Assembly: GCA_964480475.1 (NCBI GenBank)
Contig: CAYZPW010000001.1
Span: 16,262 to 80,261, forward strand
Direction: 5' to 3'
DNA from: an uncultured bacterium
GTDB lineage: Bacteria > B130-G9
DNA: 64,000 nucleotides
Shown: piece after piece, positions 1 through 8,388 of the stretch
Numbering within the stretch: position 1 is the stretch's first letter
Layout: the number at the start of each line of letters is the position of its first letter
The notes under the pieces: model-generated
The model's database searches: none
What the model saw: the letters and a program-made list of their open reading frames with translations, nothing else
Told to the model about the DNA's origin: nothing
Program-made: the position numbers and the translations under genes

Positions 1-16
1 TGCAATCATTGTGCCA

Positions 17-445
17 TTAGGGCAACGCCAAATACTCCCTGATTCCGCGCGCCGGGAACGCCCCCGGCACCTTGCCCAGCGCCGTGTCCTTTCGCAGTGC
101 AGGGCCTAGCTGAGGTGTCCAGGGCAGGAACCTGAATCCCGACCGCGAGATCAGTCCCGCGGACTGGATAAGGGCCGCTTGGCGAATGGGAACGAGTTGA
201 CCGTCGTCCAGAACCGTGAGGCGAACCTCGTCAACCTGGCCGGCGAGAAGCCACTGCGGGTTCTGGTCGAACCGGACCGTTGCCTCAGTTCCCTCAAAAC
301 TGGCCGGAAACGTCAGCGTCCCGGAGGCGCCGCGCGCGGTGAACTCGACCCTCGCCGTGGCGCTGTGCAGCGGCGTGGCGGCAACTATGTCGGCCCGGTC
401 GATCAATCCTGAATCGGCCCCAGGGGCAAGTCGCACTGGCTTCAT
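17..445 (-). CDS. hypothetical protein; boundaries uncertain and may be frameshift-joined with the upstream ORF
   Basis: 142-aa ORF with a beta-rich composition and no recognisable motif. It overlaps the 3' end of ORF 294..1178 in another frame. Confidence 0.25.
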   Translation of the reverse strand: MKPVRLAPGADSGLIDRADIVAATPLHSATARVEFTARGASGTLTFPASFEGTEATVRFDQNPQWLLAGQVDEVRLTVLDDGQLVPIRQAALIQSAGLISRSGFRFLPWTPQLGPALRKDTALGKVPGAFPARGIREYLALP

Positions 446-930
446 TTGAGGCCCCGTATTGCTGAACCTCGCGCACCACGTCAGATTCTAGACCCAGATA
501 TGACTCCTGACGTGCGATAATGCGAGCCGCAAGCTCCGGCAGTTCCCGGGCCTTCTCGCCGTCATAGCCAAATGCCCGCACCGACATCCCTTCTGGTATG
601 CTCTGATACTGGAAGCTACTCACCCACAGACGGAAAGGAAACGCATCGACCCGCGCGTCGTATTCCGCGCGCAGCGGCGCCCGGATGTTCCAAAGAAACG
701 AGGCTTCGTCGATCAAGGCCTCATCCTTAAACACAATGAAGATCAGCGTGTTATCCGGCACATCGGGCTGAACCGCCACGATTGCCTTGGGAAGCCGTGC
801 AGCCTCATCCGCCTCATCGACGAACGTCGCAAATAGCTTCAGGAATCCGGCGGCGTAGCTGCCTATTATCAACAGGGTCAATTGGCGCTCGAGGAGTCTC
901 CGTAGGACGGAACGACGGAAACTACCGCCT
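294..930 (-). CDS. hypothetical protein, coding core of ORF 294..1178
   Basis: Hydrophobic/acidic core (LTLLIIGSYAAGFLKLF...LIFIVFKDEALIDE...) flanked by Arg-rich stretches typical of out-of-frame GC-rich DNA. No clear start or RBS. No family recognised. Confidence 0.25.
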
Positions 931-1389
931 GCGCCTCGACGGGCTCTCGGAATGGTGGGCTGGGGACAATACAGCTGCCGCCACGGGGTCTCGCGCCAGG
1001 CCAGGGTCGAGTCCTGTGATGGCGCGCGAACGAGAACTCGGAGCCGCCTACTCACTCCTTGTGTCCGCGTAAAATGGCGGGGGCGGGAACGCTGCCCGGA
1101 GGTTTTGTCCCCGCCCCGAAAACCACAAACCAAAAGGAGGGTAACACGCCGAGTGAATCTCCGGGGCCGGAAACCCACACGGTTTTATGAGGCTATCTAC
1201 AATTGAAACAAAGGCGAGGGCCTCAAGGTTTCCCTGGTTTGGATGAGTTGGTGGTCTAGGCTCCGCGCACTGGCGTTTGCTTCAATCTGCATATTCGTCT
1301 TTGCGTACAAAGGGTTCTTTGATAGATTACATCCCAATAGGGCTTATTGAGGAGCTCCTAAACTGTCAACATCCAAGGGAGGTAACATC

Positions 1390-1878
1390 ATGGCGGAGGC
1401 AAACGAGAAACCGGCAGAAAAAAAGCATCCTGAAGACACGCGGGCGCACGAGAAGGAAACAACGCAACAAAAGGCAGCCCAACAGGGGCCAGCCGAAACG
1501 CAAGCGCCTCAACAGCAGGCGCCCGCAAAGCAGCAAATGGACGAGAAGCAGGCGAGGGGCTGGGCAATGCTATCTCACCTCGGGGCTTTCGTCGGCGTTG
1601 TCATCCCGTTCGGCAACATCATCGCCCCGCTGGTCATTTGGCTGATCAAGAGGGAAGAGTCAGCTTTTGTGGAGGACCAAGCCAAAGAGTCTCTCAACTT
1701 CCAGATATCACTGTCTATCTACATGCTCGTCGCGGGGCTTCTGACGTTCGTTCTGATAGGTTTCGTTCTTGTGCCTATTGCTGGGATATTCGGCATTGTC
1801 GTTGTGATCATCGCTGCTGTTACTGCAAACAAGGGCGAGAGATACCGCTATCCGCTGTGCATGAGGTTCATCAGGTAG
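1390..1878 (+). CDS. DUF4870-family membrane protein
   Basis: GGGAGG RBS 8 nt upstream. Low-complexity Q/A-rich N-terminus followed by two transmembrane segments. ESLNFQISL...YRYP..RFI motif is typical of DUF4870. Confidence 0.55.
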   Translation: MAEANEKPAEKKHPEDTRAHEKETTQQKAAQQGPAETQAPQQQAPAKQQMDEKQARGWAMLSHLGAFVGVVIPFGNIIAPLVIWLIKREESAFVEDQAKESLNFQISLSIYMLVAGLLTFVLIGFVLVPIAGIFGIVVVIIAAVTANKGERYRYPLCMRFIR

Positions 1879-2057
1879 CCGATCAGTTGAGCGACCCGAT
1901 CGACCACCATCACGAATCTGCAGGTAGTTACTCCGTCGGCGCGGATGCGGGATAGGATGGACGCCTGGGAGCCGGGCCGGTTTCCGGCCGTTTGGGCGAT
2001 TCTAGAACACTGATCAGAATTGAAGTGTAAAGCTTGCAGCAGAAACAAGGAGAGGAA

Positions 2058-2789
2058 ATGAACGAGACCAAACCGGACCAGGCAGACGTGCTTCAGCGGG
2101 TCAAATCCTTGCTTTCGGGAAGCGACTCATTCGAGGCGGCTAGATTCGTCAATGGGCTCGGCGAACCGCTAGATGTCGCCAAATGCTACGCCGGCCTTGT
2201 GGGTGATTTGTACTCCAAGGAGCGGTCGGTAGCAGACATGATTACAATGGGCAGAGTAGGGCTTCAGTATTGCCTGACAAAGGCTGATGAGCTGGCGGAT
2301 GAGGCCCCAGAGACAGCAGGGGCGCTCAAAGGCGTGGCGAAGGTGATCTCATTCAATCTGGCGGCAAACGCCTGGCCCGGCTGGGGCGCAGAGGGCTTTG
2401 CGGTCTCGCGGCACGATTCGGTCGCGGGGCTTGATGCCGCGAAGCTTAACCTACGAATGGTGAAAGAGCTGAACGAAGGGCCGGTTCCGCTCTCGGTTTC
2501 CCACTGGGCGATTGGCGCGCAGCACATGGCGCTGAGCGATTATGACAAGGCGCTTGAGGCGTTTGCCTCGTCAAAGGAGATGGCGGCCGAGGGCGATAAT
2601 GAAGGCGGCGAATGGCTGGCTCTCGGCTACATCGGGATCACGAACATCCTGGCGGGCAGCAAGGACAAAGGCGAGCAGCAACTGGATGAGGCAATAGCGG
2701 GTCTTCAGAAGCTCGATACGGACGACGCCAAGTTCTTTATTGACCAATTGAAGACTGCCCTTAAAGTTTTCTCAGCCCAGGCCGGGTAG
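2058..2789 (+). CDS. hypothetical alpha-helical protein
   Basis: AAGGAGAGG RBS before ATG 2058 (internal start of ORF 2034..2789). No recognisable domain. Confidence 0.45.
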   Translation: MNETKPDQADVLQRVKSLLSGSDSFEAARFVNGLGEPLDVAKCYAGLVGDLYSKERSVADMITMGRVGLQYCLTKADELADEAPETAGALKGVAKVISFNLAANAWPGWGAEGFAVSRHDSVAGLDAAKLNLRMVKELNEGPVPLSVSHWAIGAQHMALSDYDKALEAFASSKEMAAEGDNEGGEWLALGYIGITNILAGSKDKGEQQLDEAIAGLQKLDTDDAKFFIDQLKTALKVFSAQAG

Positions 2790-2897
2790 CCCACGCCTCA
2801 CGAGGGGCCGAGGGATCCAGTGGGCGGAGATGACATCTGGCAGAATATATCTGTGGTCGTTTGAAGGTCAGAATAGAACGTAAACGGAGGAGAAACG

Positions 2898-4088
2898 ATG
2901 AGCAAGACCATCAAGCTCTTGACGATCGCGTGCGTGCTGGTTTTCAGCATGTCGTGCGCGATCATCAACGAGCAGAACATCTACACCGACGGGCGCAACC
3001 TCACGAAGGTCTCGCAAAAGGAGAAGCAGGCCAAAGAGCGCGAGCGCAAGAACATGGACCCGTACGCCAAATGTGCGGGCAATTTCCTCGATTTCGACCT
3101 CAAGGAGCTCGAGAAGCAGGCGCGGGAGGCCTACGATGCAAAGAAGTATGAGGAGGCTGCGGTCCTTTACCTCAAGCTTCTGAGGCGCAATACCACTGAC
3201 GGCGGGAACATCTACAACCTCGCCTGCTGCTACGGCCTGCTCGGCAAGCCGGAACTCGCCGCGAAGTTCCTTGAACGGGCTTACAAGGCTGGCTTCACCG
3301 ACGTCGGGTGGATGAAGAACGACCCCGACTTCGAGAAGGTCAGGGGTAACGAGCAGTTCGACGCGACGATCGCCTGCCTCGAGGGCCAGGCTAAGAAGAA
3401 AGCCGAAGGCAAGGGCAAACCCATATACATCAGCGCCTCGTCCGAGTTCAGGTGCCGCCTCAAGTTCCCCGAGGGTTACGACGCAGAGAAGGCCTATCCG
3501 CTCCTCGTTGGTCTTCACGGCTACGGCAGCGACCCCGAGAGCTTCGTCGGCCTCTGGGAGCGCTTCGACAGCCCGCAGTTCATCTATGCCGTCCCGCAGG
3601 CGCCGTATCCCTATCTACGAGGCAACGAGCAGGGCTACAGCTGGAGCGCCCCCTTGCCGGACGAGGACCCCGCCAGCGAGCGCTCAAAGCTTCAGTCAGA
3701 GGAATACGTCGCGGAACTCGTCAAGCATCTCAAAGGCGAGTACAAAGTCGGCGACACTTACCTCTTTGGCTTCTCGCAGGGCTGTAGGATGACTTACACA
3801 ACTGGCATCAAGAACCACGAGCTCTTCAAGGGCCTGATATGCTTCGGTGGCTGGTTCTCAAAGGACTGGCTGGTGGAAAAGGCCGGCATCGACCTCAACG
3901 AGATGAACGACCTCAGGGTCTTCATCGCCCACGGCAGCAAAGACACACTCGTGAAGCTGGAGGAGGGCGAAAAGGCCAGGGACATTCTCAAGGAGCACGG
4001 CTACGACGTAACGTTCCACGAGTTCGACGGTGCGCACCGCGTCCCGAAAGAGGCGCTGCTCGAGGCGCAGAAGTGGATGGGTCAATAG
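2898..4088 (+). CDS. lipoprotein with a TPR-like N-terminal region and a phospholipase/carboxylesterase-family alpha/beta hydrolase domain
   Basis: GGAGGAG RBS. Signal peptide with lipobox (VFSMSC). TPR-like helices. LVGLHGYGSD...FGFSQGCRM (GxSxG nucleophile elbow)...FIAHGSKDTLV, typical of the PF02230 esterase family. Confidence 0.7.
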   Translation: MSKTIKLLTIACVLVFSMSCAIINEQNIYTDGRNLTKVSQKEKQAKERERKNMDPYAKCAGNFLDFDLKELEKQAREAYDAKKYEEAAVLYLKLLRRNTTDGGNIYNLACCYGLLGKPELAAKFLERAYKAGFTDVGWMKNDPDFEKVRGNEQFDATIACLEGQAKKKAEGKGKPIYISASSEFRCRLKFPEGYDAEKAYPLLVGLHGYGSDPESFVGLWERFDSPQFIYAVPQAPYPYLRGNEQGYSWSAPLPDEDPASERSKLQSEEYVAELVKHLKGEYKVGDTYLFGFSQGCRMTYTTGIKNHELFKGLICFGGWFSKDWLVEKAGIDLNEMNDLRVFIAHGSKDTLVKLEEGEKARDILKEHGYDVTFHEFDGAHRVPKEALLEAQKWMGQ

Positions 4089-4128
4089 GGGAGAAGAGGA
4101 AAAAGGGATAAAGGGACAAGGGGGATCT

Positions 4129-4626
4129 ATGGAATATCGATATGATGCGCCGTGCGGGATTTACTGCGGGGCGTGCGAGACGCTGCACGCGTTCAGGGAG
4201 GGCCGCGTCGAGGAGCACGCCAAGCTGGCGCAGATGAAGCCGGAAGACGTTAAGTGCGCGGGCTGCAAGACCGACGTAAACGCGAGATACTGCATCGGCT
4301 GCCACTTCCGTGACTGCACCAAAGAGAAGGGCGTCGAGTTCTGCTTTGAGTGCGAGGACTTCCCGTGCGAGCAGCTGGTGGCCTTCCGAAACGACGAATG
4401 GCCTCACCACTCATCCGTCCTGAAGAACCTTGAGACGATTCAGAAAAAGGGCCTCGACGCTTGGCTCGAAGAGCAGGCGAAGCGCTGGAGCTGTCCCGAA
4501 TGTGGCGAGGGCTTCACCTGGTATAGGAAGACCTGCCGAAACTGCGGCGCCGAGCTCTACGATTGCCGAGCGGAAGCAGAAGACCTTAAGGAAGAGGGAT
4601 CATTCGACAAGGGGAACCACGAATGA
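4129..4626 (+). CDS. DUF3795-like cysteine-rich (zinc-ribbon) protein
   Basis: Internal ATG with a G-rich RBS. Spaced Cys pairs (CGIYCGAC...CAGC...CIGCHFRDC...CFECEDFPCE...CPECG...CRNCG) match the DUF3795 pattern. Confidence 0.55.
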   Translation: MEYRYDAPCGIYCGACETLHAFREGRVEEHAKLAQMKPEDVKCAGCKTDVNARYCIGCHFRDCTKEKGVEFCFECEDFPCEQLVAFRNDEWPHHSSVLKNLETIQKKGLDAWLEEQAKRWSCPECGEGFTWYRKTCRNCGAELYDCRAEAEDLKEEGSFDKGNHE

Positions 4627-4779
4627 ACACCAATAAACACGAAGAAGGCCTGTTTCTGCCTTTGTGTCTTCGTGCCTTTGCTGTTGACTCTTACAGTCTC
4701 TGACTCTACCTCGGCATTCGTGTTCTTCGTAGTTCAGCTAATCTCAGGAGCGTGAATGAGCAAGTGCAGAATAACAAAG

Positions 4780-5008
4780 CTCTCCTCAGGACACCCGATG
4801 CTTGTCGCGGCGACGGTGGCTGGGCGGCAGAACCTCGCCCTACAACTGCCCGTTCCACGAGCTCGACAACGTCGTCCTCTCTCCCCACCGCGCCGCCTCA
4901 CCCTTCCGCGACCTGAAGCGCTGGGACGAGGTCATCGAGAACGTCTCCCGCTTTGCGAGCGGCGAGGACGAGTTCTTGAACACAGTGGATACCGAGGCGG
5001 GATATTGA
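4780..5008 (+). pseudogene. C-terminal remnant of a D-isomer-specific 2-hydroxyacid dehydrogenase
   Basis: Translation ...NCPFHELDNVVLSPHRAASPF...ENVSRFASGE matches the conserved C-terminal PNVILTPH segment of 2-HADH enzymes. No catalytic or NAD-binding domain lies upstream. Confidence 0.5.
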
Positions 5009-5145
5009 GCGACAAACCACCAAGCAGTGCGATAGGTTAAACAGGACGGTGCTTCTGAGCTCGCTCGCGTTCCGGTGACGGTGTTTTTTACGAGGCAGAA
5101 AGCCACAAAGCGTAAGCTCGCTACAGCGAATATCGGAATACAGAG

Positions 5146-5958
5146 ATGCTAGAACAGCTTAGAGAATTCGATCCTTTGACTCAGGCACTGCTTGCCGGAG
5201 TTCTAACGTGGTTCGTAACTGCTCTCGGGGCAGCCAGCGTATTCGCAGCAAGGACTGTCAGCCAGAAGCTTCTCGATGCTATGCTTGGATTCGCGGCCGG
5301 CGTGATGATTGCCGCGAGTTTTTGGTCGTTGTTGGTTCCCGCGATAGAAATGTCGCAGAATCATGCGATCGCGCGGTGGGTTCCAGCTGCGGTTGGTTTT
5401 CTTATAGGCACCGTTTTCTTGAGGCTGATAGACAGGATACTGCCGCATCTGCACATCGGTTTTCCGATTGACGAAGCTGAAGGGATCAAGGTATCCTGGA
5501 GGCGCAGCACGTTGCTTGTCACCGCGATAACACTGCATAACATACCTGAAGGTCTGGCGGTTGGGGTCGCGTTTGGTGCTGCGGCTGCTGGTCTTCCTTC
5601 AGCTACTTTGACTGCCGCCATTGCCCTGACTATAGGGATAGCGATTCAGAACTTCCCGGAAGGATTGGCTGTATCTATGCCTTTAAGGCGCGACGGGATG
5701 TCACGCATGAAGAGTTTCTGGTATGGTCAGCTATCCGCAGTAGTTGAACCTCTCTCGGCGCTTGTCGGAGCAGGATTGGTTACATTGGCTCAGCCTCTTC
5801 TGCCGTATGCTCTCTCTTTTGCTGCGGGCGCGATGATATTCGTTGTCGTAGAAGAGGTTATCCCGGAGTCACAACGCAGCGGCCACACCGATCTCGCTAC
5901 CGCCGGAACCATTTTGGGATTTCTGGTGATGATGATCCTCGATGTGGGGCTTGGCTAA
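5146..5958 (+). CDS. zupT: ZIP-family zinc transporter ZupT
   Basis: 270 aa with 8 predicted transmembrane segments. HNIPEGLAVG and GIAIQNFPEGLAV motifs are characteristic of ZupT. Confidence 0.8.
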   Translation: MLEQLREFDPLTQALLAGVLTWFVTALGAASVFAARTVSQKLLDAMLGFAAGVMIAASFWSLLVPAIEMSQNHAIARWVPAAVGFLIGTVFLRLIDRILPHLHIGFPIDEAEGIKVSWRRSTLLVTAITLHNIPEGLAVGVAFGAAAAGLPSATLTAAIALTIGIAIQNFPEGLAVSMPLRRDGMSRMKSFWYGQLSAVVEPLSALVGAGLVTLAQPLLPYALSFAAGAMIFVVVEEVIPESQRSGHTDLATAGTILGFLVMMILDVGLG

Positions 5959-6241
5959 TTCACGGCTCCTCGGAGAAACAGGTCCTTCGTGTCCGCCGCT
6001 GTTCCGCGTGGGCCTTTTGGCTGCGCCGGCTTCTTTCCAGCCGTCCGCGACAAGCCTACAAACCCACCTGCTCCGCAAGTTGGCGGGCGGAAACAGGCTG
6101 TCGAGATTGACGGAGCGTCTATGCCATCCGGCTCCAGCAGGGTGCGGGATTCTCCGCTGGCTGCTAATATACTACAGCTCAGGCGAAAAGGGTGTCTTGA
6201 GATATCGACCGGCACCCTTTCTGTCTAGACTTTGGCCAGAG

Positions 6242-6794
6242 CTACCTAAGAAACTTCGACACAAACGGTGAAGTCTCTCCACGCCGCAAAAAGTGCCCGG
6301 ACGGGCCCTCTCCCAAAAACTCGGAAAACCATGACTCATGCTCGATTTCCTCGTTCAGGATCGCCAGAGCCAAGTCGTAAGTTCTATGGTCCTTGCCGGC
6401 CGTCATGTTGCAGATCTCGGTATATCCATAGACAGCGCATCTTTCGGCGCCAACCAGAACTCTTAGAACCTCCTTGGCGTCGTTCGGATTCTTAGGAAGA
6501 TTGGCTGGCGGACATGCTGATAGATCGTGAAACTCCTTCATATCGTCCGGTAATCTTCCTCCCAGCTCGTATATGCGCGGCACCAGTGCCTCGAAGTGAT
6601 TGCGGTCTTCTATCCGAGCGGTTTCGGCGATTTCTTTTATGCCTTCGCCTTCTAATCCAATCAAATTGGCCCGCAAGATGGTGTAGTAATAGTAGGTGGT
6701 AAGCTCAGCCGCCGCATTTTTGATCAGGAGCTTCAGCAGCTTGTCCAGATCAACCCCTGATTTCCTCACAACTTCGATCGCCACTTTGGCCATG
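6242..6794 (-). CDS. ferritin-like diiron-carboxylate protein
   Basis: AGGAG RBS 8 nt before ATG 6794. Paired E...ExxH motifs (EDRNHFE; NEEIEHESWF) indicate a four-helix-bundle ferritin-like fold. Confidence 0.55.
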
Positions 6795-6972
6795 ATCTCT
6801 CTCCTCTTGTTTCTATAAAGGGTTGGTAAAAGCACAACACAGTTATTATATTACAACAGGTCAGGGCACGGGAGTCCTCCAAATATCGACCGATGCTCAT
6901 TCTGGCTAAAACAGCAGACGATCGTTGAACCTAACACGATGTAGAGGCTAAAGCGAGTATCAGGGCCAACAT

Positions 6973-7380
6973 ATGACCGAATCGCCGGAAGCCAAGCTCC
7001 TCTCCTATGGTCTCCTTTCCCCCGGGTATGAGGCGATCTACACGGGTCGGAAGGCGGGGGCGAGCGCTGAGGACACGCAAGGGCCGTGCGTTATCACCTC
7101 GGATGAGGATGGCAACGAGATCAAGAAGTGGTCGCTCTGGACTTGGACAGGCGTGCTTGAGGAGAAGGACTGGGACGACGACATCAAACTCATTAACCGG
7201 ATGCAGGAGCAGCTGGGGCCGTTGAGCGACGAGGCGCGGAAGATCCGCGCCCACATTGCGAGCCTGGCGGTATGCGACAACGGCTTCCCGGTCACAGTTG
7301 ACGAGCTGCTGGATGCCATCGGCAGTGGCGAGCTGAGGGAGCCCACATTCCACAACGGCTGCTTCATGCCAAGCCCCTAG
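6973..7380 (+). CDS. hypothetical protein
   Basis: 135-aa ORF with coding-like composition. No recognisable domain. Lies just upstream of the next hypothetical gene on the same strand. Confidence 0.4.
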   Translation: MTESPEAKLLSYGLLSPGYEAIYTGRKAGASAEDTQGPCVITSDEDGNEIKKWSLWTWTGVLEEKDWDDDIKLINRMQEQLGPLSDEARKIRAHIASLAVCDNGFPVTVDELLDAIGSGELREPTFHNGCFMPSP

Positions 7381-7413
7381 TGTGAGGAGAAGACCACTCA
7401 GCCGCACCAGGAG

Positions 7414-8277
7414 ATGGCAATGCAGGTCATCGAGGAGGTGCTGAATGGCTATCTCGTGGGCGAATCGGCGGAGGCCCTCGTTGAGAGGCATCCCCACGCG
7501 AAGAGGTTCATTAAACGGACCTACGAGTGGCTCGGGCCGGTCGAGGAGCTAACCGACGTCAAGCGGCTGATGCTTGGCCGCGTTCTTCTGCCATTTGATT
7601 TCCTCACAAAGCGGACCGAGGACCACGAGGCGATCTACAGGGACTGCTTCGAGCCAGGCGGACGAGGCGAGGCGCTTGACGAGAAGATCGCGGCCGCTGC
7701 GGGCCTGCCGAAGTTTTACTCACCTATTTCCAATTACAGGGAATACGTGGAGACCCGGGACGGCATGAAAGACCCCAAGAAGAAAGAGCTCTATAGAGTG
7801 CTCGGGATGCTCTCCCACGGGCTGCATGGGCTCTCCGATTGCCATCATGCCTGTTTCCGATGGATAGAGAATTGGATTCTGAGCATCGGCGCGGGCGAGA
7901 TGGAGACTGCAACGCACGCCAAGGGGACGGAGAAGGAGCGCCTCGGCAGGCTGCTCTTCGGTTACGTCCTCGCGCTGGACAGGTGGCTTCAGGACGTGTC
8001 GATGCACTTCCTGCTGCTCGACCTGAGCCACGTTGACCTGGGCTTCGATCCCAAGAACGAGATACTCCAGGTCTATGCCCATCTCGGCGAGGAGCGGACG
8101 CCCGTCAGGGAATGGCTCGCTGCGTCCCTTTGGAAGAATCTGAGCCTGATGCCGGTCGGGCCAGGGCGGTTCCTGCACAAGGAACTGCTAGAGCGGTCCA
8201 AGCAGGCGGGGACATCTCTCCGCGGGTGGATCGATCACAAGAGGAAACCACGAATGAACACGAATGGGCACGACTAG
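7414..8277 (+). CDS. hypothetical protein; start may be the second ATG at 7420
   Basis: 287 aa. CAGGAG RBS gives better spacing to ATG 7420. Contains RVLGMLSH (Rx6H). The stop codon lies inside the left arm of a long hairpin repeat. Confidence 0.45.
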   Translation: MAMQVIEEVLNGYLVGESAEALVERHPHAKRFIKRTYEWLGPVEELTDVKRLMLGRVLLPFDFLTKRTEDHEAIYRDCFEPGGRGEALDEKIAAAAGLPKFYSPISNYREYVETRDGMKDPKKKELYRVLGMLSHGLHGLSDCHHACFRWIENWILSIGAGEMETATHAKGTEKERLGRLLFGYVLALDRWLQDVSMHFLLLDLSHVDLGFDPKNEILQVYAHLGEERTPVREWLAASLWKNLSLMPVGPGRFLHKELLERSKQAGTSLRGWIDHKRKPRMNTNGHD

Positions 8278-8376
8278 TGCCCCTTTTCCCTCTCTCGTCT
8301 CTGTGTCTCTGTGGTTGATCCACATCATCCTTGAGCTTCCCTCATTTTTCGTGTTCATTCGTGTTCATTCGTGGTT
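8246..8376. repeat. long inverted repeat: 21-bp perfect arms (aaccacgaatgaacacgaatg / cattcgtgttcattcgtggtt) around a ~89-bp spacer
   Basis: Arms read directly at 8246-8266 and 8356-8376. A related motif, accacgaatgaacac, sits at 4617-4640 after the DUF3795 gene. Confidence 0.55.
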
Positions 8377-8388
8377 GAATCAGCTCTT

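Noticed and set aside
1277-1645. 122-aa basic ORF (KRKRL-rich) overlapping the DUF4870 gene
   Set aside because: It is in the wrong frame over a well-supported membrane-protein gene with a good RBS. Its composition is an artefact of the Q/A/K-rich N-terminal coding region.
5041-5145. Zur box upstream of zupT
   Set aside because: There is no AT-rich palindromic operator resembling known Zur or Fur consensus. The region is GC-rich without dyad symmetry.
6830-6856. AT-rich tract acaacacagttattatattacaacagg upstream of the ferritin-like gene as a Fur/PerR box
   Set aside because: It lacks convincing dyad symmetry or the GATAAT hexamer pattern when read base by base. It is probably just the -10 or UP region of the promoter.
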